The notes beneath the pieces are model-generated. The model was not told the origin of the DNA. It saw only the letters and a list, made by a program, of their open reading frames with translations, and did not search any database. A DNA stretch of 64,000 nucleotides from Muribaculaceae bacterium (lineage in GTDB: Bacteria; Bacteroidota; Bacteroidia; Bacteroidales; Muribaculaceae), in the NCBI GenBank assembly GCA_022510505.1, contig JAFLTL010000003.1, positions 55,789-119,788 on the forward strand, written 5' to 3'. Positions 49,399-58,807 of this stretch are shown in pieces; position 1 is the stretch's first letter; each line of letters starts with the position of its first letter. The translations under genes and the position numbers were made by a program.

Positions 49399-50967
49399 TT
49401 ATTCGGTTAACAGGTAGAGGAAATATTTGTCAACCTTGTCAATGTAAACCAATCTGATCGTTCCTGTAAAGTCGGCATCCAGGGAGATATTACCCGATCC
49501 GCCATCATTGAACAATGCGTAAGGAGCATCGGGAACGAGTTGCAATTCGTTGGTAGCTCCCATGTTGATTGGACCCCATCCGGTGTCGGCAACCTTGAAG
49601 TTACCGGCAGGCAATGTGACATTTTCGATTGTCCAAACGTTTGCCAAATCAGTTGACTGGAATTCCCATGCTGAATCGTCGGCCCAGCCGTTGACATCAC
49701 CGCGGATAAAGATGCCCGATTCTTCGCCGGCCGTAGCAGGCATGAACGGGGTCATAATTACTGCCCATTCACCATCGGTCTTGGTCAGATAGCTCCATCC
49801 GGTAAAGTCTTCAGGCATCGACAGGTTGCCAGCGTTGTCAACCAGTGCATACGCGATGTTCAGTACGAAATCGCTTCCGTTTGAACCCAGGTTAGGATTG
49901 CTCCATCCTGAATCGGCAATCTTGAATTCATCACCTCCGGGAATTGTAGCATAGGGCTGTACATAGATGCCGTTGTCAATATCGTCGGTGTAGACAAATT
50001 CCGATGAAACGGGGTCACCCCAACCGTTGAATCCACCACGGAGGAATATTCCGCTGAGATCCCATGCCACGCCTTCGGTGTGGAGTGGAGAACCTGAGAT
50101 TGAATAGGTGTAGTCCTTCATGTTGAACGACATCGTCCATGTTCCGGGCACGAGGTGTCCCGACTGAGCGTTAGTTTCCACAAGAATACCTTCAAGAGCC
50201 TCATCACCGTCATTCTCTGTTCCAATCAAGAACGGCCAAAAATCAGTATCGGCATTAAAGGTGGGCTGTAGGGTTTCTTCGTAGACATTCTGCGGAACTA
50301 TCTTCCACCAGAAACCTGCCTCCGTAGTTACTGAGAAAGTGAACACCGGATCGTCATAGGGGCTTGCCGAGCTGTGGTTGAGTTCAACACAATCAGTCAT
50401 AGGATCCCAACTGCCGGTTCCAATGATGTAATAGTGGGACTGGATTGTAAAGCCCGGGTCAACACTCTGGGATGCGAAGATACCCTCACCCCCGTAGTAA
50501 TCGAGAGAACCGATGCGGTAATCGGTGCCGTTAACGGTTGCAAACAATGGAATTCTGAAGAATACTGTCTTAACACCGGGTGCGTTTCCGAAGAGTTCCT
50601 TCTGAGCAGCAGCCAGGTCAGCTACGCTGATAACACCATTGGTGTTGTCGATGATAATCGACGGATTGAACTGTTCGCTGGCTGCAACTTCGAATTCTCC
50701 CCAAATTTGACTTGTTTCAAGTTCAGAAGAACCGGCTGAAACACTGAAAGCATTGATCGTCTCAGTGCCCGAAGCAATCAATTGGTCAAGGTTAATACCG
50801 TTTGTCAAAGTCGAGCTAAGGGTAGCTGTGGCTCCGGTAAAGCCTTCAAGAACGGGCCCCTGGGGATTTTCCTGAGGATAGGAAGTGGCAGGTGCATCGT
50901 CACATGAAGTCAGTCCGGCAAATCCTGCCAACAGTAACCCCATGGATATTAAATTAAATTTATTCAT
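49399..50967 (-). CDS. SusE/SusF-family outer-membrane glycan-binding lipoprotein (SusF-like)
   Basis: Lipobox AGLTSCDD. Two C-terminal CBM-like modules are present (GIFLRGGFNGWGD ... FKIADSGWSNPNLG and GIFIRGDVNGWAD ... FKVADTGWGPINMG). Confidence 0.75.
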   Translation of the reverse strand: MNKFNLISMGLLLAGFAGLTSCDDAPATSYPQENPQGPVLEGFTGATATLSSTLTNGINLDQLIASGTETINAFSVSAGSSELETSQIWGEFEVAASEQFNPSIIIDNTNGVISVADLAAAQKELFGNAPGVKTVFFRIPLFATVNGTDYRIGSLDYYGGEGIFASQSVDPGFTIQSHYYIIGTGSWDPMTDCVELNHSSASPYDDPVFTFSVTTEAGFWWKIVPQNVYEETLQPTFNADTDFWPFLIGTENDGDEALEGILVETNAQSGHLVPGTWTMSFNMKDYTYSISGSPLHTEGVAWDLSGIFLRGGFNGWGDPVSSEFVYTDDIDNGIYVQPYATIPGGDEFKIADSGWSNPNLGSNGSDFVLNIAYALVDNAGNLSMPEDFTGWSYLTKTDGEWAVIMTPFMPATAGEESGIFIRGDVNGWADDSAWEFQSTDLANVWTIENVTLPAGNFKVADTGWGPINMGATNELQLVPDAPYALFNDGGSGNISLDADFTGTIRLVYIDKVDKYFLYLLTE

Positions 50968-50989
50968 ATCTGCGTTATGGTTAATTTTC

Positions 50990-51031
50990 CTTGTTGCCCG
51001 GGGTCATCTTAAAATGACCCCGAACAACAAG
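50990..51031 (-). other. intercistronic stem-loop between the SusE-like and SusF-like genes
   Basis: CTTGTTGccCGGGGTCAT-cttaaa-ATGACCCCGaaCAACAAG gives 9 bp + 7 bp separated by a 2x2 internal loop. No U-tract follows on the minus strand. Confidence 0.55.
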
Positions 51032-51040
51032 TTGAAAAGG

Positions 51041-52291
51041 TTACTCTGTTGTGAAAGTTACCGTATAGTCTTTAAGGTTAACTTCAAACGATACATTACC
51101 ACCGGCCCAGTTGCTGTCAAGCCATGTGCCTTTACCATCCATGCAAATGCCGGAGTAGCTGCCCGACGACATACTGATGGCAACACCTGCATCATCGATT
51201 TGAGATCCGATTGAGTTAGTTTCCCAATCGCCGAGAGCCGTATAGAAACGGAACTGGAATTGTCCGGCATCAATATCTGCTGAACCGGTATAGATATCAG
51301 TTGCAACACCTGTTTCGGTCAAGGTTATTGCTTTACTGTTGATATCCCAGCCCTGAGGCTGACCAATGAGATAGATGTTTCTCGGAACAGAAGGAACGAA
51401 ACTAATAGTCATATCGTTAAGGTCGATGACCACATCAATAGTGCCGCCTTCCCATCCGGGAACGCTCCATGAACCTTTACCCCAAACAACGGGACCTGCA
51501 TATCCGTCATCACCAAGAGAGATATCAATCGGGGTGTCTTCAACCTGTGAACCAACCGAGTTGGACTCCCAGTCACCGAGTTTGCTATAGAAGCGGAACA
51601 TGAAGTCGCCGGCATTGATTTTGAAGGTGCCTTTGTAGACACCGGTTCCGGCACCTGTTTCGGTAGCAAACATGCTGCCGTCAGTGATAGTCCATCCCTG
51701 AGGCTGGCCAATCAGGTAAAGGAATCCGGGTTCTGAGGGCTGATAGAAGTCAACCGACACACCCTTGATTGAAACAACATTCGAATAGTAGGTTGTTCCG
51801 GGAACAATTCCCGTAGCCTGTTGTTGACGCTGGATTTCAGCGATCAGACGAATGTAGAGAGGATAGTAGGGTGTTGGTACCTTTGTAGCATCCTCTATAC
51901 CCAGCATTTCAGTCATAGCCGCGTAGATATCGGCATTTGTGATATTGATCGCCGCACAATTGTGGTAAACTGTCGACAATGTAACGGATGCGGGACAATC
52001 GGCTTCAACAGGGGTCGTGAAATCGTTTGAGAGGGACAACTGAACAGTGTAGTTGGCTGCTGCGGCGAATCCATAGTCGGGTTGCGAGCAAGTCAGAGCC
52101 AAAACTCCATTTTGAGTTTCCTTCGTCAGAACGATATATTGCTCGGCCATTTCAGGAACATTAAGGAAGTTCTCATAACCTCCGCCTATAGGGGCGCTAT
52201 CCAGTTTTGGATTGTCATCCCAAGTTTCCTGACAAGCAGTCATTGCTGTGGCCAGAACTAACGACGAGAAAATATATGATACTTTTTTCAT
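51041..52291 (-). CDS. SusE-family outer-membrane lipoprotein with duplicated C-terminal module
   Basis: Lipobox AMTACQE. The N-terminal SusE-like region is followed by two ~110-aa homologous modules. Confidence 0.72.
   Translation of the reverse strand: MKKVSYIFSSLVLATAMTACQETWDDNPKLDSAPIGGGYENFLNVPEMAEQYIVLTKETQNGVLALTCSQPDYGFAAAANYTVQLSLSNDFTTPVEADCPASVTLSTVYHNCAAINITNADIYAAMTEMLGIEDATKVPTPYYPLYIRLIAEIQRQQQATGIVPGTTYYSNVVSIKGVSVDFYQPSEPGFLYLIGQPQGWTITDGSMFATETGAGTGVYKGTFKINAGDFMFRFYSKLGDWESNSVGSQVEDTPIDISLGDDGYAGPVVWGKGSWSVPGWEGGTIDVVIDLNDMTISFVPSVPRNIYLIGQPQGWDINSKAITLTETGVATDIYTGSADIDAGQFQFRFYTALGDWETNSIGSQIDDAGVAISMSSGSYSGICMDGKGTWLDSNWAGGNVSFEVNLKDYTVTFTTE
51044..51379 (-). repeat. 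internal protein-domain repeat 2 of the SusE-like gene
   Basis: aa 305-416: NIYLIGQPQGWDI ... GQFQFRFYTALGDWETNSIGSQIDD. Clearly paralogous to repeat 1. Confidence 0.7.
51392..51724 (-). repeat. internal protein-domain repeat 1 of the SusE-like gene
   Basis: aa 190-300: FLYLIGQPQGWTI ... GDFMFRFYSKLGDWESNSVGSQVED. Confidence 0.7.
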
Positions 52292-52305
52292 ATTTCAGTC
52301 AGTTA

Positions 52306-53958
52306 TTAATATCCGGGATTCTGTTGGAAATAGGGTTGAGCTGCCAAAACATTGGTAGGAATCGGAAGCAGGTTGTAACGGTCGGAGATGTTGGTTCCTT
52401 CTGCCACTCCACCTTTCCAGTCCCAAACAGCCTGGTTTGTACCTGTCCATTTACCCCAGCGGATCAAGTCGGAACGACGAGTAAGCTCCCAGTAAAGTTC
52501 GCGGCTGCGTTCGTCCTGGAGGAAGTCCATAGTCAGGTCAAATGAATCGTAGAGACCTGCGCGGTTGCGAATATACTGTACATAAGTCTTGGCTGTGGCT
52601 GAGTTAGCGCTTGAAGCACCATTGAGAGCACATTCGGCATACATCAGATAGATGTCGCTCAAACGGAACACTGCGAAGTCACACGACGAGAATGACGGGC
52701 AGTCCAAACCGAGTGTGTTGCCCCAGTCAACTTCACCATTGATCAGGCCAAGGTTGGTCCACTTGATTACGGTGTAACCTGCGAGCCAGTCACCGGCCAC
52801 GGTGTTGTGAACGCTGTAGGTAACTTCTTTTTGTTCACCGTCTGATTCATAGGTTACGTCGCCCCCGATCCAACGGTTGAAACGGTCATCATTTTGAGGA
52901 TTAGCTTCATCCATGAAACGTTCGGTCAATTGGCCTCGAGCCTTGAGGCAACCCCATTGGGCACCGCTGCCGTAGTATTCGGGAGTCATGCCGTAGTTGT
53001 TGGAGAGTTCCGAAGCGAGCAGGAAGAAAGCGCCTCCATAGGTCTGGCAATGTTCCGAGTCGCCTGGGATGCACCACAGAACTTCGTTTACACCACCTCC
53101 ACCGGGAGCATACTGGTGATTGTCACGGCTGAACACGGCATGATAGTTGTCAACAAGACCTGAACCTTGGAAACCGGTTCCCTGGTGACGTGATATGATG
53201 TTGGCGCAACGCTGGGCACATTTGTCCCAAGCCGGGGTGCCGGTGTAAACGCCTGCGTTTAGGTAAAGACGAGCCAAAAGAGCTTCAGCGCCATCCTTGC
53301 CAACGCGACCATAGATCGGAGTGGATGCGAGGTAACTGTTGTCGACCAGTTCGGTCAGTTCCTGTTCCATCCATGCATAGAGCTCGGCACGAGTTGTCTG
53401 GTTCGGAGCCGTTACGCCGTCGGGAGCATCGACTGTGAAAGTCGGGTTTCCAAAGAGGTCAAGAGCCCAATAATAGCTCAACGCACGAAGAGCGCGAGCT
53501 TCGTCACGCATTTGCAGGAGTTCCTGGCTGGCACCGTCGGGCACCTGACTGATGAATTGGTTGCAAATTGCGATGTGGGCAAACAATGCGCTGTAGCCGG
53601 CATAAATCAAGGTGTTGTCGGCTGCATAGGTGTCCTGTACCAAATCGGGTACACCCAGGTCATTCCACCAAATCCAGAATGTTTCGTCGGTGCCGAACAC
53701 ATTCATGTTGAAGAGGGCGCGAACATAGCTGGTGAAACCGGCGTCGGCACCCGACACGATTGAAGAACCGGGACCCGTTGGACCAGAAATCAAAGCTGAA
53801 TAACATTCGGCCAAGGCACTCTGCATGAATTCGAGTGACTCGGGGTCCTCATAGGTCTTATTCGGATCTATTGGCTTGAGATCAAGATCACCCACACAGG
53901 ATGTAACCCCCATGCCAAGAGCAGCGGCTCCAATCAAAAAGAATTTATTTAATTTCAT
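52306..53958 (-). CDS. SusD/RagB-family nutrient-binding outer-membrane lipoprotein
   Basis: 550 aa with lipobox GVTSCVGD and TPR-like helical content. Lies immediately downstream of the SusC-like gene. Confidence 0.9.
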   Translation of the reverse strand: MKLNKFFLIGAAALGMGVTSCVGDLDLKPIDPNKTYEDPESLEFMQSALAECYSALISGPTGPGSSIVSGADAGFTSYVRALFNMNVFGTDETFWIWWNDLGVPDLVQDTYAADNTLIYAGYSALFAHIAICNQFISQVPDGASQELLQMRDEARALRALSYYWALDLFGNPTFTVDAPDGVTAPNQTTRAELYAWMEQELTELVDNSYLASTPIYGRVGKDGAEALLARLYLNAGVYTGTPAWDKCAQRCANIISRHQGTGFQGSGLVDNYHAVFSRDNHQYAPGGGGVNEVLWCIPGDSEHCQTYGGAFFLLASELSNNYGMTPEYYGSGAQWGCLKARGQLTERFMDEANPQNDDRFNRWIGGDVTYESDGEQKEVTYSVHNTVAGDWLAGYTVIKWTNLGLINGEVDWGNTLGLDCPSFSSCDFAVFRLSDIYLMYAECALNGASSANSATAKTYVQYIRNRAGLYDSFDLTMDFLQDERSRELYWELTRRSDLIRWGKWTGTNQAVWDWKGGVAEGTNISDRYNLLPIPTNVLAAQPYFQQNPGY

Positions 53959-53979
53959 ATTCTTTTACAGTTACTTGAA

Positions 53980-56900
53980 TTAGAAAGTAGCAACAAGACC
54001 AAGAGAGAATGTGATTGAACGTGGATAGACGCTGTTGTCTATACCACCTGCGACTTCTGGATCAATGCCACTGTATTTTGTGATCACGAACGGATTTTGA
54101 ACTGCTCCGAAGAGACGTAGACGAAGCTTGTCGCGAAGGAGGTTGTCCCAAGTGTAACCAAGAGTGATGTTGTCACAACGAACGAATGACGCGTTGCGCA
54201 AATAGTAATCGCTCATCAACTGCTGACTGACAAAATAATTGTCGGCAACAATGATGTTCGATGTGCCCTGGTTTTCCCAAATGTGGGAATAGTTGGCGCG
54301 GTTGGCTTCGATGTTGTTGTAAACATAGTTTCCAATCGATGCACGCAAAGCGAAACCAAGATCCCAGTTCTTCAGGCGGAATGCCGAGTTGAAGGTCATT
54401 GTTACTTTGGGAGCAGGAGAGTGTTCGATAATCTTGTCGTTGTCGTCAATTTGACCGTCACCGTTCTGGTCTACGTAAACACCTTCGATTGGTTTGCCAA
54501 GGTCGTCATAAACCTGCTGGAACAGATAGAAGGAACTTGCCGGATGACCAACCGAGTGAACCTGTACCGTCGCTCCGGTACCTCCGGCTATACCACCGGT
54601 GGTAAAGTAGGCGTTGTCACTGTTCAGTTTGGTGATCTCGTTGTGGTTCCATCCAACATTGTAACCCAAGGTCCAAGTGAAGTTCTTGTGACTGATGGCA
54701 GTTGCCTGGATGTTGAATTCAACACCATAGTTTTCCAACGTACCGATGTTTTGGTTGAACATGTTGGTTGTCATCATACCCGGAGCTACCGATACATAGG
54801 CAAACAGGTCTTTGGTGACTCGCTTGTAGGCTTCGATGCTACCGGTGATGCGGTTGTTCAGGAAACCATAGTCAAGACCAATGTTATAGGTCGTGGTTGT
54901 CTCCCATTTCAGTCCGGCGTTGTATCCGTCGGGATAAAGAGGAGTGTACCAGCCGTTAAGACCATTAGGATACTGTGATTGAGGACCTGAGATGGTGTAG
55001 GTCGGCAAATAGTTCACTGTTGAACCCACATCTTGCTGACCGGTTTGTCCCCACCCGAGACGGAGTTTCAAATCGGAGAGCCAGCTCGAGGCGCTTTCCA
55101 TGAAAGCCTCGTTGTTAAGGCGCCATGCCAAAGCAACCGATGGGAACAATCCCCAACGATTGTCCTTAGCAAAACGTGAGGTTGCATCGGCACGAACCGT
55201 AACAGTCAACAGATAGCGGTCGAGCAAACCGTAGTTGATACGACCGAAGAATGAGAGAAGTTGCAAACGGTTAGCCCAGTGATAGTTGCCGCCTTCGCTG
55301 ACTTCGTCGTTGGAGAAGTTCTGTCCAACAAGGCCAACTGTCGACTGGTTATTGTTGAGTTCGATTTGTCCAGCCGAGTTGACGAACGGGCTGTTCAAAC
55401 CGGGCGACATCATGTAACCGCTGTTTGAATCGGCTCCGCTATGCCAACCGTCACCATGGAAACGCTGCCATGAATAACCGGCTGTTACGTCAATCATTTG
55501 ATTGGCTGCATGCTCGAATTCTTTCTTATAATTCAGATAAAAGTCAAGAAGGGTGTTGCTGCGGAACTCATAACGCTTCACGCCATAGGCACCACCGTAG
55601 TTGTTGTGGTTGGTCCAGGACTGATAGGAGTTGGCAGCAGTGTTATAGACTTCATCGGTCTTGCTGACGTCGTAACCAAGGTTCAAGTTGGCATGGAGTT
55701 CGGGAAGGAAGTGGAACCCATAGTCAAACTGAATGTTACCTGTGCTACGATAAACGTTAGCAACGTTATAGATGTTTCTAATCTGGGCAACCGGGTTCTG
55801 AGTGGCATTTTCGTTGATACGAAGGCCATCGGTGCCGGTTGGTTGATAGTATCCGTTCCACAAATATTGTTGACCTGAATCGCCCACAACCGGAGTATAG
55901 GAGTAAACCGGTTGAGTTGGGTTCATGGCAACTGCTCCGCTAACTGCTCCGCTGTCGGAGAACTGGTTGCGAATGTAGTAACCGTTGACGTTTGCATTGA
56001 TTTGTAACAAACCGTCAAAGAATTTCGGGTTAAGGTTGAGTCCAACAGTCGTGCGGTCCATCTTTGAATTGATCAGGATACCGTTTGAGTTGGTGTAGCT
56101 GGCCGAAACACGATAGGGGAGCCATCCGGCGCTACCGCCAACGCTCAAAGTGTAGTCTGAGCTGACAGTTGTGCGCAAGATTTCGTCCTGCCAGTCGGTA
56201 TTGGCTGTTCCAACTGCTGTCAGAACCTCCGAGTTTACACCGCCAACTGCAACCAAACCGCTGACAAGGTTGCGATACTGGTCGGCTGAAAGAACTTTCC
56301 AACGTTTTGCATCTGTGTTGATGTACATGTTGGCAGCGAAGTTAACCTGAGGCTTTCCGCTTTTTCCTTTCTTGGTGGTAATGATGATGACACCATTGGA
56401 CGCACGCGAACCGTAGATAGCGGTTGCCGATGCATCCTTCAACACTGTCATTGACTCGACGTTCTCAGGGTTAATCATTGAAAGCGAGTTACCCATACCT
56501 TGAACTCCGTCATTTGACAGAGGCACACCGTCGATAACGATCAGCGGGTCATTGTTGGCATTCAGTGAGGAACCTCCACGGATACGGATGGTAGCGCTGC
56601 CCTCGGGACCACCGGCTGTCGTTACAACCACACCGGGGGTTTGACCAACGAGCATGTCCTGAACCGATGTTGCCAATCCGGCTTCGATGTCATCGGGTTT
56701 GACAACTGCAACCGAACCGGTTGAGTCGCTCTTCTTTACTGTTCCGTAACCGATGGCCACAACCTCGTTCAACATAACGGTGTTTTCCTGGAGGGTCACG
56801 TCGATTTGAGTGCGACCTTCAACGGGAATTGACTGAGGGTTGTAACCAACATAGGAGAAGTTGAGGATAGCGTCGGGCTCGACTACGATGGTGTAATTAC

Positions 56901-57093
56901 CGTCAAAGTCGGTTGCCACGCCCGTGGTTGTGCCTTGGGCGATTACGCTGGCTCCTATCAACGGATCCCCATAGGGATCGAGCACTGTACCAGTGACAGT
57001 GATCTTCTGCGCCAATGCCGGGAGGGCGGCCCCAAGCAGCAATGCTGCAACGAGTACTGCTTTCCGCGTCATTCTAAAACAAATGTTCTTCAT
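53980..57093 (-). CDS. SusC/RagA-family TonB-dependent outer-membrane transporter
   Basis: 1037 aa with a signal peptide, carboxypeptidase-regulatory-like domain ITVTGTVLDPYGDPLIGASVI, plug region and terminal F. Confidence 0.95.
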   Translation of the reverse strand: MKNICFRMTRKAVLVAALLLGAALPALAQKITVTGTVLDPYGDPLIGASVIAQGTTTGVATDFDGNYTIVVEPDAILNFSYVGYNPQSIPVEGRTQIDVTLQENTVMLNEVVAIGYGTVKKSDSTGSVAVVKPDDIEAGLATSVQDMLVGQTPGVVVTTAGGPEGSATIRIRGGSSLNANNDPLIVIDGVPLSNDGVQGMGNSLSMINPENVESMTVLKDASATAIYGSRASNGVIIITTKKGKSGKPQVNFAANMYINTDAKRWKVLSADQYRNLVSGLVAVGGVNSEVLTAVGTANTDWQDEILRTTVSSDYTLSVGGSAGWLPYRVSASYTNSNGILINSKMDRTTVGLNLNPKFFDGLLQINANVNGYYIRNQFSDSGAVSGAVAMNPTQPVYSYTPVVGDSGQQYLWNGYYQPTGTDGLRINENATQNPVAQIRNIYNVANVYRSTGNIQFDYGFHFLPELHANLNLGYDVSKTDEVYNTAANSYQSWTNHNNYGGAYGVKRYEFRSNTLLDFYLNYKKEFEHAANQMIDVTAGYSWQRFHGDGWHSGADSNSGYMMSPGLNSPFVNSAGQIELNNNQSTVGLVGQNFSNDEVSEGGNYHWANRLQLLSFFGRINYGLLDRYLLTVTVRADATSRFAKDNRWGLFPSVALAWRLNNEAFMESASSWLSDLKLRLGWGQTGQQDVGSTVNYLPTYTISGPQSQYPNGLNGWYTPLYPDGYNAGLKWETTTTYNIGLDYGFLNNRITGSIEAYKRVTKDLFAYVSVAPGMMTTNMFNQNIGTLENYGVEFNIQATAISHKNFTWTLGYNVGWNHNEITKLNSDNAYFTTGGIAGGTGATVQVHSVGHPASSFYLFQQVYDDLGKPIEGVYVDQNGDGQIDDNDKIIEHSPAPKVTMTFNSAFRLKNWDLGFALRASIGNYVYNNIEANRANYSHIWENQGTSNIIVADNYFVSQQLMSDYYLRNASFVRCDNITLGYTWDNLLRDKLRLRLFGAVQNPFVITKYSGIDPEVAGGIDNSVYPRSITFSLGLVATF

Positions 57094-57166
57094 GCAGGTT
57101 TTTTGATAGTTGATTAGTTATGATTAATGAATGATTTTTTCCAAATGTCAGTGAACAGCCTGTCAT

Positions 57167-58567
57167 TTATTTATTCTCGGCAACTTCCATTATCAGGTCG
57201 GGGATGTTGGTATTGTCGTGGATTCCGTTGAATTTGTCGGCTCCAACACCAATGGCATAGACCGGAACATAGTTGCCTGTGTGATTATAGGAAACCCAGC
57301 CGATTCCACAGATATCGTTGAATACCGTGAATACGGCTGTTGAGAATTCGTTGAAATTCTGATAAAGGGTTTGTTGGTCCTCGCTGTTTCTCAACTCAAA
57401 TGTCTTGTCGAATTTTTCCTTCAACATGGCAGTCTGGGATTCGGTTACTGGCACTCCATTCCAAAAACCGAGTTGATCCCTGAGCATGTCTTTCATGTCG
57501 TCCCATGTGAATATGCGGCGCGAGCGAAGAATGGCTTTGCACTCATCGTTGAAGCGGTCTTTGGAAATTCTCTGATAATCAATATACTGAGGGTGCATAT
57601 CATAGCCCGCATATACGTTTCCGATTGTAATACCCCCGGTGTCATGGTCGGATGTCACAACAATCAGAGTCTCATCGGGATGTTCATTGTAGAAATCATA
57701 GGCTACCTTAATTGCCTCGTTGAAATTGATGATTTCCTTTATCGCGGTTCCACCATCGTTGGAATGTCCGGTATAGTCTATGTTGCCCCCCTCGACCATC
57801 ATGAAGAACTTCATTGGTGTCCATTTTTCCATGTGTTCGAGGCACACTTCGGTCATCGTTGGGAGATTCAAGGCTCCGGGGATTGAGTCGACCGTGTATC
57901 CGATTTGATACATGTCCTCCAATTCTTTTGGATTCACCATGATCACGCGCTCGCTTTCCGATGCTCGTGCGGCCTCGGTGCCCTGGGCATAGTCGACATT
58001 GTATTGTTTCAATATTTCCAGCAAATCGGTTGGATTGCCGCTCTTGTCCTTTGTTCCGCGCAAACGAGAACCGGCCAGGAACTGATAGCCCGATTTGGCC
58101 GCTTGAACCGTTATGTCATAGTACATGTTGCGGTTGGGAACATGGGCAAAAAATGCCCCTGGTGTAGCGTCGTCGGGTGGTACCGAGGTGACAATGCCAA
58201 CTCCGTAGCCCATTTCAAACAATTTCGAGGCGATGGATTGAACTGCCACAGTGTCGGCGTTCATTCCAAGCATTCCGTTTTTGGTCTTGCTACCCGTCGC
58301 AAGAGCTGTTCCGGCTGCTGCCGAATCGGTTACAGGTGAAGATGCGGAATAAGTTGTTACAACTCCTGCTGCAGGGAATTGCATCATTAGCAAAGGTTCG
58401 TCATTTCCGAGAATCATCCTGTTATAGGTCTGAGTTGCAAGAACGTGCCCCATACCCATACCGTCTCCAATAAAGTAGAAAATATACTTCGGAGTTTCAG
58501 CGGCATTGGAGATTGAGATGATGGACGTTAGAACTAATGCAGTAAGTAACTTCCTTAGTTTTACCAT
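57167..58567 (-). CDS. alkaline phosphatase (PhoA family), secreted
   Basis: 466 aa with a signal peptide, FIGDGMG, active-site VTDSAAAGTALATG and TSDHDTGG. Confidence 0.9.
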   Translation of the reverse strand: MVKLRKLLTALVLTSIISISNAAETPKYIFYFIGDGMGMGHVLATQTYNRMILGNDEPLLMMQFPAAGVVTTYSASSPVTDSAAAGTALATGSKTKNGMLGMNADTVAVQSIASKLFEMGYGVGIVTSVPPDDATPGAFFAHVPNRNMYYDITVQAAKSGYQFLAGSRLRGTKDKSGNPTDLLEILKQYNVDYAQGTEAARASESERVIMVNPKELEDMYQIGYTVDSIPGALNLPTMTEVCLEHMEKWTPMKFFMMVEGGNIDYTGHSNDGGTAIKEIINFNEAIKVAYDFYNEHPDETLIVVTSDHDTGGITIGNVYAGYDMHPQYIDYQRISKDRFNDECKAILRSRRIFTWDDMKDMLRDQLGFWNGVPVTESQTAMLKEKFDKTFELRNSEDQQTLYQNFNEFSTAVFTVFNDICGIGWVSYNHTGNYVPVYAIGVGADKFNGIHDNTNIPDLIMEVAENK

Positions 58568-58611
58568 GGTTATTTCAAAAAATAATTGTCGCTATAGCAT
58601 TTTTTGCGTAG

Positions 58612-58619
58612 CAAATATA
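58612..58619 (-). promoter_or_regulatory. candidate -7 box (TATATTTG) for the alkaline phosphatase-led unit
   Basis: Plus-strand CAAATATA is an exact TAnnTTTG match on the minus strand, ~45 nt upstream of the ATG at 58567. Confidence 0.4.
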
Positions 58620-58728
58620 ATTGTTAATGAAAGTTTAGCAAAATTTTTGTTAAAAAAAAATCCTCTTTACAAAATATGGGCAATCTCAATTCGGGATTTA
58701 TTGGTTCAATTTGATAAATTTTGGTTGG

Positions 58729-58743
58729 GAATTATGATAATTC
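58729..58743. promoter_or_regulatory. perfect 15-bp palindrome GAATTATgATAATTC upstream of the arginine operon promoter
   Basis: Read directly. It lies 33-47 bp upstream of the -7 box at 58776, which is the expected -33 region. Confidence 0.3.
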
Positions 58744-58775
58744 TAAATATCTGTCGGGAACTTATAGGTTTTTTG

Positions 58776-58783
58776 TAATTTTG
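58776..58783 (+). promoter_or_regulatory. candidate -7 box (TAATTTTG) for the GNAT-argG-argC operon
   Basis: Exact TAnnTTTG match 25 nt upstream of the TTG start at 58808. Confidence 0.45.
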
Positions 58784-58807
58784 CAAGATTAATAATAGGT
58801 ATAGGTT

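Noticed and set aside
57143-57169. Imperfect hairpin AAATGTCAG-tgaacagc-CTGTCATTT at the phosphatase stop, considered as a terminator separating phoA from susC.
   Set aside because: The stem is only 8 of 9 bp and A/U-rich, it overlaps the stop codon, and on the transcribed strand it is followed by an A-run rather than a U-tract.
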